Source: Tubulanus polymorphus (lineage: Eukaryota > Animalia > Nemertea). Taken from it: a DNA stretch of 64,000 bases. Of the stretch, positions 13,543 through 30,184 are shown in pieces. The notes under the pieces were generated by a model. It was not told the origin of the DNA. It saw only the letters and a list, made by a program, of their open reading frames with translations, and did not search any database. The stretch is taken from NCBI RefSeq assembly GCF_964204645.1, contig NC_134027.1:6108485-6172484 (forward strand), given 5' to 3'. Position 1 is the stretch's first letter, and every line of letters starts with the position of its first letter. The position numbers and the translations under genes are program-made.

Positions 13543-16500
13543 GCTTGGGATACGTAGGAAAATCCGGATGTAGAAAAATAGAAAAGACCATGTCTTTGTG
13601 TGATATTTCAGAAAGCAGTTTCCTGGCGGCAGTACTTGGGCTTTTCGCAAGATCACGAAATGTTGAACATCCTAACTCTGGTTTTCTCTGGGGGATGCTG
13701 TGGCAGGGCCAACCGAGCTGTAAGAAAATCGCGACACGTACGCGCTATGTGCATGCTTTTGCTGGACGTGTTTATTCGCTTCTTTACATACCGAATTCCG
13801 TTGAGAAATCGCCGAAATATTTTCTTCTTATTTGACACGAATTGTTCTACAGTATTCGATAGTGGATAAACTCTCATGTAAAAAGATACTGACATACAAA
13901 GTTCATTTCGCTTGGTTGCATGGTTACTGTTAATTTATTTCCGTTTTATAAGGTCGTCCGAATTTGCATGTAAAACAGTGAATTGCTTCGAGTCGAATAT
14001 ACACACGAATTCGCGGATATTTCGAGCGTGATATCTGAGGCGACATAGATCACTGCAACGTCTGGTGTATTTTGATTTTTTGGCACAATTGCTAATTTTA
14101 TTTTATTTTTCGTTCCTAATCTGTCAAATTTTAGGACCATACGAAGGCGTGTATACCATTGTGATAAATTCACGTGACGTACGTGACACACGACACGTTT
14201 ACGGCCTGTCACTCAAACTTCGATATATCTAGTGTGGGAACAAGGAAAGATGAAACGACACTTTGTATTGATACGGCACTTTAAACACGTTATCTTCGTG
14301 GCGAAAACCATATCAAAGTGTACTTATTTCTGTTGCATATTTTAATGTACTTGCAGATGTTTTTCTTATAGAAAAAGTTCCCCTGAATTTGCCTTGTTAA
14401 GTTTAGCGTACTCTGCACCTTTAAACGTTTGTACTGTTATCATAACCATTTTCAAGACCGTCAAATTTTGCTTTTATCAGAAATATTATTCCACGACGAC
14501 ATAGAAATAGTATCGTACAATATTCAAAATCATAAATCTTGAAATAACGTGCAAAAGGCGCCGACAACTTGGGGATATCATCCTATAGATATTCACTTAA
14601 TATTGCTATCTTACCCCTCCGACTATACTCCCCTCTATTTTCAGGGCATGGGAAAAATGGAACGGCTAAGTCCGAGGCCACGACGCAAAGAAGTGGAAGG
14701 TACGTTACATATACTAAAAATCAAAACAAGATGATTCAATTCATCATAAAGTCGATTATTTTGAACGAATCAAAAGGCTATTTTACGCCATTATCGCCGG
14801 ATGTAATATCATTCGTATAAATAACCTACTGTTCATACGGCCTTAGATTTCATAAGAATAGATCAGAATTTCTGTCACGCCACTGATCAAATGAATATCA
14901 TGAATTTGTTGTTACTTAAAATCATCAACCCACACACGCTTTTTCATCTCAGTTCCAGCTTACAGAAACTTGAAGCACTGCTCTTACCTCTCCTTACCTC
15001 TCGTCCACAAACTGCAATATTTTTAGTTGTCGTTACGACTAAATTGTATTCACCATTCTCACTTTCCCTATGCATCTGTTTGAAAAACATATCATTGACA
15101 TATTTTGGTATCATGATTCTATTCATTGTGATATTGATTTCGTGGACTCTGTATCACCCAGTTTTAGAAACATGTTTTACCCATTGTTTATCTTTGTTTT
15201 GTCTCGAATCTATTCGGTGTTGTTCGGCTTAAAAAATGCATGCCTCCCAAACAGGATGTCCGACGATCCAAGCTATGAGCTCACTAATTTTGCAGCGGCC
15301 TGCATAACTATCCCAAATAGCGTTCGCTAATAAAGCGAAGTACCCTTACTTTCCGAACATTTTCAAGAATTGCTTAAACCTTGGACATTTCTTTTTCTAC
15401 GTATATTCTCCTGGGAAAATGCATTTCTAAATTCTCGCTTTTCATGATAAATAGATAGGTTGTCTGTTTAGGAAAACATTCCGTACAAAAACATCTTCGG
15501 TCGGTAACTTTGATTACAAATTTTCTAACTGAAATTGTCGTATGATTTTCTCGGTAGCAGCATTTAGATAAGGACCGTGATCATATGGTAAGGGATTTGA
15601 ATGATTATTATTACACCATCATATTCTAGTATAAAAACTTTAGCAAGCACGTGCATATGATAGATGAAATTTAATGATTAAGAATATCAGTTTTTTCATG
15701 TTTTTAATAAGGATGAGAATAAAAAAGAGGTTTCAGTCATCCAAACCTGTTCAAAACTATCTATGCTTATTCGCCTGCTGTTTTCGGTTCATGTACATTG
15801 AAGGACGATTGAGTCATGATTTTGAAGTTCTTAGAAACACGATGTCGAACCTCCTCTTGAGTTCAATTTTCGGAGCTTTTGATAATTTCATCCGGTCTTA
15901 CTCTTTCAGTGTATCTATATATCGATGTCTATCTATAGCTTTAGTTGTATTTGTTGTAAATTCCTTACGTGTGTTTGAACCATCCCATAGCAGCTCCCAT
16001 CTCATTCAACCAACAAGAAATGTTTATCTGAAATATACCACTTATAGATTAATAGAACGCATCTATAGTTTCATTTCCCGGTTTTAGTCAGTTTTACTGA
16101 CTAGTGTGAACTTGGAATATGCTGTCCCTTGGCTGAGAACATTTTCCGATGAATCGGTCAAACGCATTAAATAAAGACATACGATTAGGTTAAACGTCGA
16201 TCATATTCGCTCGGATTTCCTGATTTTATGATAGTTTACTTTCTTTATGACAGACCAATCTTCATCCTCATCATCCGAGTTTTTCTCTTGTAATCGCCAA
16301 AAACAAACTAGTGACCAAGCAGTCAACAGCATTCTAGAAACCAACAACAATAGCGCCATGCCTTTCCTTCCGTCCGATAGTGACCACAGGTCGTCAATTA
16401 CTAGTCATCTCAGTGCTGTACACAGCCCAACAGTGAATATACAAGATAGATCAGGTAAATGAAGAAAAAGGCCATGGAGCGTAATGATATTTCGATAAAA

Positions 16501-17552
16501 GAAATGAAAACGCGAGTTTTACCCTTTCAGATGTCAGTACTTCTACTTCAGCAAATTCCTTCGAGACACTCTCGAGTAATAATCACACATTTCAAAACCC
16601 GAACTATGCAAGGTTGAGCAGGTTCGTAAGTTAACACCACCCTTTAAAACCGATATGAAGTTAATTCACTACATATATTTACATTTGTTGGCATCATCTT
16701 TTACAGATCATACGATAGTGGTCCATTTTCTCTTCAAGTCTATAACGCTGAGTTTTCATCCCAATTCTCAGTAGATTCGTCACACAGTCCCGCTCATTTG
16801 AAACCGGGATTGACGGATGTTTCGGAAACCACGGTATCTGATCGTTCGACGACATCTTCCGGTAAGAATCTCGTTATTTTCATCGTCAATTTTATCGAAT
16901 CTAATTTATTAATTTGTTACTCTTATCGTTTAACAGACCACGAGTCCATAAGGGAATCTATAGCAGGAGAGATTCTCATTCACATCCGCAAAGATTTAGC
17001 CATTCACACCATGTCCTTGACCATCGTGCAGTGCCGCAAAATTAAGCTACCGATGAAACTCAAGGAAAATAGTCAAGGTAATATACATACATCATCAAAC
17101 TAAACTGAACTAAACTATCAGACTTTTATTTATTGCTGAAATTATACATTTTCCAAAACCTGAATTGAATATTTCAGGAGTATATGCGAAGGTATATCTA
17201 ATCGGAAATGGACAGTACGGTAAATTCAAGAAGCGTCGAACGCAAAGTAAGAAGTTCTGTCTGGAACCGTTGTTTCAAGAAAGCTTTTCGTACACAAATA
17301 TCAACGAAGGAAATTTCCTTCAGGTAGGAGTGCAACAAATATGAAATCATATAGCTAGAATTATTTACGTGGTTTTAAGGTTAGACTCCTTTTCAGATTT
17401 CGCTTTGGACAGAAGGGAACATATTCAACGGTGACCATAACATCGGCCAGTGTATAATAGACGTAAACAACATCAGAAATATGGAAGAAAGGCCAATAAA
17501 TGATGTAGATATAATTGATGTAACAAACTGGTATAAGCTAATGTCAACTTGA
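479..17552 (+). CDS. PCLO: Piccolo/Bassoon/Fife-like presynaptic active-zone scaffold, 5'-truncated by the window (multi-exon; PDZ, C2A, C2B)
   Basis: Phase-compatible GT-AG exons: 479-3735, 5504-5782, 7614-9588, 9828-9952, 10133-10217, 10367-10498, 10846-10954, ~11056/11077-11216, 11304-11716, 11906-11959, 12057-12190, 12303-12490, 12665-12894, 14645-14699, 16254-16454, 16531-16621, 16707-16861, 16937-17077, 17178-17323, 17397-17552 (TGA). The PDZ reads RILLTRDPNRSLKGNGLGMKIIGGKIIPG...GDQILEWNGIELSGKSYEEVQ and C2A reads GEIQLQFDFD...NPYVKMFLLPGRG...KKRTLEITVWNYE...DNKPHWYKL, both resembling Piccolo as recalled. A second C2 domain ends the protein. AATAAA at 18314. Confidence 0.85.
1080..1410 (+). 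repeat. RD/RE/RS-rich low-complexity coding repeat, including a (GATCGA)n run
   Basis: gatcgagatcgagatcgagat at ~1204-1224; the translation RDRDRDRDRDGERGRD lies inside the 3.3-kb Piccolo-like exon. Confidence 0.8.
4540..4553. promoter_or_regulatory. RFX X-box motif in a Piccolo-like intron
   Basis: GTTTCCATGGTAAC matches the palindromic X-box consensus GTTNCCATGGNAAC. Confidence 0.45.
13511..13542. repeat. (TA)n microsatellite, intronic
   Basis: gatatatacatatatatatatatatatatata; a similar run lies at ~18100-18119 in the 3' UTR. Confidence 0.9.
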
Positions 17553-20500
17553 ACGATAAATTTACGTTGAATTTCAATGAACAATATTGATGAATACGAG
17601 GGCTTTCCTCGTACAGAACGAGAGGGTAATCATGAAAAGAATTCTAGATATCATTTCTATTAGTACTAAATAGTAAGAAATGCGTAACAAAATGAACAAA
17701 TGATCATTTCAAGCTTGATCTCATTATTCTCCAGTTTTCCTGCATGAATTTCTTGTTTTCTGTTAGAGATTTCAAAGGAAATAGCGCCTGTATAGAGATG
17801 TTTCTTAGCGCCCTGTGATAGTTCGGAGCTTGTCGGGCATGGATCGAAATTGGTCATAGATCCGGAATAAGCGCATATTGAGCGTACTGTTGACTGCTTT
17901 AAATAGTTTATTGTATATATAGCGTATTTTTCGGGTTGCCTGAGTTTTAAAAAGGAATTTCGTGTGTTTCGTCGCCTCACTTATATGAGTCACTAGCGTA
18001 GATGATAAACAAAGATGTAACATATAAGTATGACTATTATGTCGTATTATTTTTTTCAACATATTTAGATATACCTCGACGATATGTATTTAAATGTAAA
18101 TATATATATATATATATATGAATATATGCTACGTCATCATCTCAAAGGCCTTCGAACAAATACTACGAATTATATCTGAAAAATACTGTGCTATCGAGAA
18201 TTATATCATATGAAATATATATATATGAAATGTGAAAAGAATAATGGAAATTATTATTATTGCTGTTTAGCGAATTGTATTCGATGTGTATATATGTAAT
18301 TCAAATCTTTGTTAATAAAAGTTATTCTGAAAAGGTATTCGTTGATTCGATTCATCTGTGTTTCCTAACAAAATTCTAGACTATTTCAAATAAATTTTCG
18401 TCTCACAAATTGCTATTTGAAAAAGAAAAATTGATATTTCGGGTCTGAAGATCAATGGACAATGATCAGGCCTGTATCATTGAATTCTTTCAAAACAGAA
18501 TGAGGTCTCAGGTAAAAACCCCGATCCTTCGGGTGCGAAATTACCGAACAAGGACTAACATATCCTTCAAATTATAGTCAAATGACTACGCGCACTAGAA
18601 ACAATCAACTATCACATTTATTCACCACAACAACAAGATAAATCACTACAATTCACAACGGGATTTTTTATCGTCTAATCAAAATTTTACTGCAAATTCT
18701 ACTATAATATACTGCCCTAATTTACTGCCCAATGTTAATGCAATCAACATTATCCACCGATGTGTCATGACGGCTTTAATGTGTAGAAACGAGTATTTCA
18801 AATTCAATTTACGTTCTCGGTGCATTTCCCAGTCCTAGCACGGTCTTGTATGAGCCAATTCCATACCGAGCGACTACAAAATAATACAAATTGACATATT
18901 AGCAAAGGATGAAAATTGATCTTTATCGATTCATATTTTGTCTACCCACACTTAGTCGGTTTCGGCCTTTCCATTGGCCAGTACTTGAAGCCTTGTCTAG
19001 CCCTTTCGTTGTACGATGTCCGTAGATGACCGTGAGAAGTTTTGGCCCGATCTAGATGGCTGTTTCCCGGCAGATGGCGGACGGATGACATTAAACCATC
19101 AAGGTCGGTTCTAACGGGTACACTTTGAAACACTGGATGGCGACCTTCCTCATTTGCATCAGTTTTATTTTGAACGCTTTCTTTGTTCGTAGATTGATGA
19201 GGGATCGTTACTGAAATGGTTTATCAACAACAATGACGATATACAGAATCTTTATGTATACGTTCTTTTCTATATTACACAATTCTAGAATAAATGTTAC
19301 TAACGTTCATGTGGTGTTCGAGCAGAGACATTTCCGGACTAAAATCAAAACAGTATAAAACTTTTGAATGAAATCATACAATCAGACTGTTGGTCGCTTT
19401 AATCATCGAGCTAACTAACCTTAACTCTTAATTTAGCCCAATGATCAGTACATTGTATCGGCTGAAGTGCTAATTCGTTACTCGCCCATCGAGAGATGCT
19501 ATAAAAATATTAGGTCGTAAGAAAATAATGTATATACTCATGACAACTGAAAGTCCATGTTATGCTAATCATGACTGAGTCTATAAGGTAATTACGGACG
19601 ATAAAAGTTACCCATGAATATGCTTCGAAGGGCTTGTGAGCGGCTATATTGTATGAACACAAAAATGAATAGACGGCTTTTTCAAACAGCCTTTTAAATA
19701 TACCTAGCTGTTTTTCTAAACATTGGCTTCTGTGTAAGAAACACTCACAATGAGTCCCCACGAGTCAAGTCAATTTAGTAATTCGATAGCATTCATACTC
19801 TCTTCCTTAGAATATCTAACAGCAAGTGTAGATTTACAAGACGAATTTTATTTAACGTTTATCTATAAGCAACCATACCAATTGCCTCAAAGTTTCTTAC
19901 GAACTGAGATGATATATAATGATTAAGACTTACCTAGATTGTTGTGGCATAATTTGATGTTGGATTCTTGCTTATTCTCTGGATAAGATATTGCCGTCAA
20001 GTGGTTTCGCTGGTCTGTTGTTAACAAGGGCACATGTATATGCCAACCGATAATCTGTCGACCAGTTTTAATACGACAAGTCCTGTGAACCAGTACCATT
20101 TAATGAATATATAAACACAATCGGCAATGTAGTGTTAAGCATTGAAAATGCGCTAAAATCCATTAGACGAAAGGTTAAACACAGTTAACGGTTCTGTTTG
20201 GAGATTTCTATTCGTATATTTCAGTCATTTGATATCGGTAGTAGTAAATTAACAAACCGGGATTGACACCAAAGAAGCTTCTTATCGATGTTTTGAAAAT
20301 GTCCAACAGATTTATCAAACACAAATCATATTTTGGCAAATATCATGATGTACATAGTCACACATTCACATGCTGCTGTCTCCTGGATTTAATTAACCTA
20401 TTGTACACGATAGTTTGTAATTAATAATTCAATATATGTGCTACCGTGGTGCGCTAGTGTAGTCCTGGTGATGGTTCTTTCGCTTCAAAATATGCAATCT

Positions 20501-22170
20501 GATGATAACAGAATGGCTTTCAAACAATTCAACCTTCATCCAGGTGAAAATCTGCTAAAAGTCAAGTCGTTGAACTGCACAATATATCTTATATACATAC
20601 GTTTATTTCTATGAAACCAATTTCAATGTATGCGCTGGAAAACCTTCGAAAATAGTTCATAGACCATCTGGAACTTTCCCTATTTTCATACACTTTATTA
20701 CAATCATCTTTAATTCCATTTCATATACATATATAACAAAGATTCACGCAATAACTATAGCCCAACGCACACGGCAAGGAAAAAGATTTTACATTTTATT
20801 CAAACCCAATTTGATCATGATTCGGCCGCTCATTTCTGCTTAAGCTGGACGCACACCGATGTACGTAAGCACGCGAAAAACAAAAGAAAAATTATGCAAA
20901 TATAAAACATGTTTTTTCTTTCCGCAAATTTTTTTAACAAAAACACACAAAATTATTTTTTCTGTTAGAAATTTTACGAGTGCGTGCGTTACTCTCCATT
21001 AATCTATGATATGAACACGTTTTATACAATATTTTAAGATAAATTGTGCCGAACTTTCTCCATCGAACAGCAGAAATTCATTTACACTATCTACATAATA
21101 AAATAACAAACCTTCCTATACTAAGCCTGTGTAACGATCCCTTTACGTGATTAGTATATACCTAAAACATTATGATACCACCAGCATGTGAACACACATA
21201 AACAAAGTAACGGCTGTCGATAAAGTTCATTTACATATTTAATGTATGAAAATTGTTAATTTAGATAATCACTTCTTTTAAACAATTCTTGCACAAAAAG
21301 AAATCATTTGTTGTCCCTGAGGTCATGCGGGGAATGCCAAAATGAAACAGTTCGTTTTCCTTGCGGAACCAGTACTATCATATCAGTCAGATATCACTCA
21401 GTGAATATATTCATCTAAAGTACCCGTATCTATAAACTAATGATAGGATGAATCTTTTCTATACCAGATAATCCTATTTCTTGCGTAATATACTTTATGG
21501 TGTTTCTGTAAATTTGTTTTATCGGTTGAACAAATCGGTCATACTTCTCGATAAGCCACGGGTAGTATTTTCAATTTTACTGAAAATAGGCAGAAGATAG
21601 AAAAACGTGTTTTACCAAAATTACAGGGAATAACAATCTACTGATGCCAATTTGAAATACATATATTTTGATTCGAATTCGAGATATATACCTGGCACAG
21701 TCATTCCAAGCTTCTTTCGCACGTGTCTGTAAATCAAATGGTTTGGCTTTAATTTGATTGAAATTAAGTTGACTAAATCTTAGTTCACATTTATATATTT
21801 CTAGAATATTTTCCAAAATATAAGAGTTGACAAATTTTCAGGTATTAGTAACTTTTGAAAAGGTTTTCATGGTGAATGGAGAATCCTATATATTTACCTT
21901 GGTCTGATTCCTAAAACATAAAAAGATATATAATCGTTTTGATTATTTTTGATTACGAAAATAACGGGTAATCAGGTTAGGAAAAAGGATTGAATAAGCA
22001 ACTCAGTGCAACAGTTCTATTGTTATTGCGACATTTATTCAAATAGTTTTTCATGCATTCAAGTATGTAGAATACGTTGATTTTTGGATATTGCTCTCAA
22101 ATATACAGATCTTCAGATGATCAGAACAATAAATTACAGCTCTCCAGGATGATAACGATAGCTTGACTAC

Positions 22171-22464
22171 TTACGCTGTCGAGCTCGCTCCACGGACGCA
22201 GCCTGAGAACATGTTTGAAAACCACTTTTGTATCGACGCAAAGATTCCACCTCCGCCGCTCTCACTGGATGAATTTCCACCCCCGCTTGAAGCGACGCCA
22301 CTTTTACTAGAGGAAGCACCACGGGAGGTTTTTCCGCCTTCGTTGGAGGCAACTTCCCGTCTATCTTCATTAATTTCAGGCGACACTCTCGTTGAATTGC
22401 CTGCTTGCGGTGGTCGTGGAGCCGTCCTTTTGGTCACAGCGGATCCTGAACTATTTCCACTCAT
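22171..22464 (-). CDS. Putative intronless 97-aa Gly/Ser-rich microprotein with a C-terminal amphipathic helix; unknown family
   Basis: ATG in an AAAATGA context, locally raised GC, TAA at 22173-22171, AATAAA on the minus strand at 22039-22034, head-to-head with ZMYND10. No recognisable domain. Confidence 0.55.
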   Translation of the reverse strand: MSGNSSGSAVTKRTAPRPPQAGNSTRVSPEINEDRREVASNEGGKTSRGASSSKSGVASSGGGNSSSESGGGGIFASIQKWFSNMFSGCVRGASSTA

Positions 22465-23307
22465 TTTCCTTTTTAAGAATCCTCTTATAGATCAGCTGTA
22501 TTCTCAATGTATTTAGCTTTCATAACTGCCACTTAACAATCAGCAGAATCAGAGCTACTACCGAAGTGAACTGATAAATTGACGTGTAATGGCAACATGT
22601 GTGGTTCCCCTTCAATGGGAAATGCGGGTTCCATATTATGCTGGTGTCATTTCGTGACAGGGGACTGTGATTATCCTGGGATAAATAGATATACATTTCA
22701 GTTCACCAAGACATTTACTGATCTAGGTTCCAAATGTACCAGTAGTGAAAGAATTTAGCAATTCTACTGATTGCCGAATTGTTCCGTGACGAAGGTCTAG
22801 TTCTGGAAATAGTTTGTATGGCAGTATATTATAACATCCGTTTTCTCCTCACCTTTGCGTCAATTTAATTCAATTTGAATGAAATCTTTGATACTGTTAA
22901 TCGCCAAGTATTCGGAAAGATTTCAAGAGTGTCGACTTTTGTGGATTGCGGCTTAGTGCTGGGCCGGTGGCGGGCCGGTGGTCGACAAGTAGTATGTTTA
23001 TGAAATATATACCGGTATGAGGAGACACTTGATTCGGCGAAAGTTTTGAACAAATCTTTGAAATTAATCTTCCGAGTTTGCTATATGTTTTGTAGTGAAT
23101 GCATATACTAACTGGAACAATTTACTGTTTGTTACATTAGACAAGATCGGTCGGAGCCACTGAGTCCGGATTCGTTGTTTAGAAATTCGAATTTAGTCCG
23201 GCAACCGGGAAATAGGAAATACCGTATTTCGGTGACAAGAAGAAGTAATCGTCATTCCCATTACTTGTCGGCTTTTTTGATGATATTGGGCTAAATAAAC
23301 ATATGTG

Positions 23308-26599
<3,292 letters not shown>

Positions 26600-27133
26600 C
26601 ACAACGTCCTTTTATCAGTCGTTTACCGTCCATTTTAATAACTTTCCCATAAGAATTCCATGTACATGTATATCTATTCTTTTGATTGAAATTTTGATAA
26701 TAAAGATCAAAAATATTTTGGAAATTTATTTCTTTTGTTATGTATTAGTGTCATAAACTTGTTGTATTGTTTTTTAATGGTTGCTGAATGGAAAGATTAG
26801 TCTATCGATTCGAACCCTGACCGACCATAACGATCTATTGGCACGACTCGTATTGACTGCGGCATGTCGTGTACGTACAATGAAGATTATCGTCATGTGT
26901 CGTCAGTAAATTAGATCGGTTAATAATTTTGAGATGGATTTATTGGAGCTTGCCACGAATTCAGAAGCAGCGGCTTTTCCAAATACAAATTATGTAGCAA
27001 GAAAAAAGCATGCGGAAATACGACGACCATTTATTTTATTTTAACTGATCATTTGACGTATATATTTTATCAATTTATATTGGTTTTATCAATTTCAGAA
27101 GTTTTAATCGACCAAACGTTCGAAATACGAAAA

Positions 27134-30100
27134 CTATTTGATCATAGTTATGCGATGCTCTAAACCAGTATAGATAGGACTCCTCTCTTTGATGTATTTC
27201 AAAAGAACATCTGAATCAAGATCGCCTAAAATGAAATGATTGTTAGCTGGTAATTGTAAATAAATCAACGGCGAATACTTATTTTTACAGTAATTAAAAT
27301 CTATCTCACCAAAAAGATGGATTTTCTTCGCTTTTTCGGGAATCATTGTGTAACCGTCTCCTCCTTTCACGATATAGCTAGGAAGCAGTATTGAGTAAAT
27401 TTCGTTCTGGTCCAGCGGTTCAAATTTAGGTATCAGGCATTTTGCGCATCTTACTTTTGCCTTCACAAACCTTTGACCGATCGGTGCCGTCAAATTGTAT
27501 GTAACCCAAATACCTGTAACCAAGTGTATGGGGACATTGCTTTTCAGATTTCAAAACGGTGCAGGTGTAGACTATCCTCCAACGAAAATGCCTAGCGTAT
27601 CTGTTTTCATTAGTGATGTGTGCCATGATGCATAATTTGATACATGCAAAATTACATCAACATTTTTCACTTAACTGTGAATTTCAATATAGATTTTGAA
27701 TTATTTCCGAAACAATCCAGCAAAGTTATAGTCGCTGATCAACGCAACTCACCGGAATACTGCATAAAGCGGCCGTCAGGATCTTCATAGTTGTACTTCG
27801 ATACAGAATGTTCCAAAACCTCTTGTAAATACTTGCCCTGTAACTCTACCATATCTATGGTATTAGCATACGGTACCAACATACGAACCATTTCAACTTC
27901 TATTGGACCTGAAAAAAATTTACAATGCATTTAATGAATGATTGACATAATCATGATAAAGTCTACATAAGATATCACTATTACTATTTGTACCTTGGTG
28001 TATTGAAGCCCTGATGCTCCCACCATTCCACATAGCTATGGAGGCATTAGTCCACTGAGAGTCAGAGGGTCGAAGATTCCGATAAACCATTGCGTCCGTT
28101 ATCATATTGCCTAAAATCAAGAATGAATTCTACAGATTATCAAAACAACACCGAAATTCCCAGAGGTAAATGAATTGGAGAATCACGATGATATTTGTTA
28201 AAACCTACCCATATTACATTCGACCATCCGGCACTGGGATCTTTGTCCGTCCAAAAGCACGTGGGATTTACCAACAACCTCCTTACCCAATTTAATCAAC
28301 GGTTTTGCCCAAGTTTGAATTTCTCGCAGAACGTCGGGGTCTAAAAGGAAAACGACATGCAACGACTTGCAATACTGACTTCTCGGAAAAATTGTCGAAG
28401 CACTTTGAGCACCTTCGTTAAATCTTATAATTTACCTTTGGGAACAGTCGAGTCAAGTAAGAACGGATTCCCTGTCCAATTTATTATCTTTCCCATTTTA
28501 TCGAATTCAACATGTAAGCAGCCCAAATATTTTCCGTAAGCAAAGTCCTGAACGATCAGGACTTGGTTTCCATCACTTTGGCGAACCACGTATGGATAAG
28601 TGTCGACTGCCTTGTCATTTGACGGTACGGGACCTAAAAACACGACGATACGGTAGGAGACTTCTTACTGAGAAAAAGATCTTAGTAACATTTTCAAAGG
28701 TGACCGCAATACCTGAGTATAGAAACGTGTTTGTGTGCCCACCAATGATCACGTCGATACCATTGACATTCCTAGCAATTTCCTTATCGAAATTAAACCC
28801 AGCATGACCGACAGCTACGATTTTGTTCACACCTGCTTTTTTCAGTTTGATCACCTCTCCTTTGATGGCTTCGATTTCATTTCCAAATAGCAATGTCTTT
28901 CCTACATGAGAGTGATAATCATAGATTCTTGAAGGGATCACCAATCACTTAGATCAATGAGTGTACATGAGAATCGTGCCGATGCGTATGCAGACTTTTG
29001 TTAGACGAATTGTAATTGATTGTACCTGGTTTTGCGAGTTCCGGCGTATCCCTCGTAGTGTAACCTATGACGCCAATTCTTTCGCCCCCAACTTTAAGTA
29101 TTGTCGATTTCTTAAATTTCCCGTTCAATTTCGGTTCATTCGATGCATCGATGTTACAGTTGAGCAGTGGAAACGAAGCGTTCTTTATAAGTGGTAAAAG
29201 CCCATCAACACCATTATCAAATTCATGATTACCAAATGCCTTAAAAAATTATCGAATAAATCATTTGTAAAGTACCGTTGACCAAACCGTGTCTGAATAA
29301 ACTATTTTACGGTTGCCAAGCCGCTGTTTTGAGGGTATGTTTTCATATGCACTATATACAGTCTCGTTGCATGATTGTTTTTCTCTTTTTTAAATCTGTT
29401 ATTGTGTTTTACTATTCCGCCGTTATTTAGATGGATTTACATACTCCAGTTTGATATATACTAGTTTTTGGGAATCTCGGGTTTGGGCACATGTAAAGAT
29501 TCATAAAGTTTGCAACAATATTGTAAGCTCGAGATAGCTATTTATGGATAAGGATCCGCTCCTCTTTTCAATATGTAGGTATACATGCATGTACGCAAAA
29601 ATGAAACATCTGCATGATTGACAGCACGGCAGCGGATACCGAGATCAAATCATTTCATCATCAGGGAAATAATCAGAATTTAGGCTAAGGGAGATTTTTA
29701 CGGTTCTCTCATAACCAAACGAAATTTCGATGATTATAGTTGTGCATCAAGCTAATTATGGTGATCGATCGTATAAACATCTTTAACATTTCACAGGTAA
29801 TTTGAAATATGGAAATAAATCGACATCCTCTGTGTAACTTACCATCGCGTCATACTGCAGAAGATTCATAAAATGAACGGCTGCTCTACCCTTGTAGACG
29901 TAAAACCAAAATGTTCCCTGATACTGGTCTCCACCGTCTAGAAACAAATTATTGGGATATTTGCGTCTTAGTTCTTTGAGTTTTGTCATCCTGCGGGCAG
30001 CCCCACCGAAACACGGTGGTTTATCTGGGTTGCAAGAACCTCCAAATTTGTTTGCTTCTTCAAATCTAGAGTGCACGTCATTAGTGTGAAAAAGCGTTAG

Positions 30101-30184
30101 CTTGAAAGATTCGACCATGATAGTATGAATATCATTGGTAAAAAGTAAAATACACGCAACGAGGTATAACTTGGAACCCATCAC
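27134..30184 (-). CDS. NT5E: 5'-nucleotidase (CD73/apyrase family) with signal peptide; 9 exons
   Basis: Metallophosphatase motifs HTNDVHSRF, LDGGDQYQGT, GNHEFD (~29239-29216), VGHAG, IIGGHTNTFLY, GKYLG; C-domain NGGSIRASI and GGDGY; stop TAG after GLEHRITMIK. Confidence 0.92.

Noticed and set aside
14891-15232. Hydrophobic ORF as an alternative membrane-anchoring last exon of the Piccolo-like gene
   Set aside because: T-rich introns produce such ORFs by chance, and the nearby acceptors do not match the phase of the preceding exon.
18955-18990. Minus-strand GGCC...GAAAGGCCGAAAC resembling hammerhead stem II
   Set aside because: No CUGANGA core precedes the stem.
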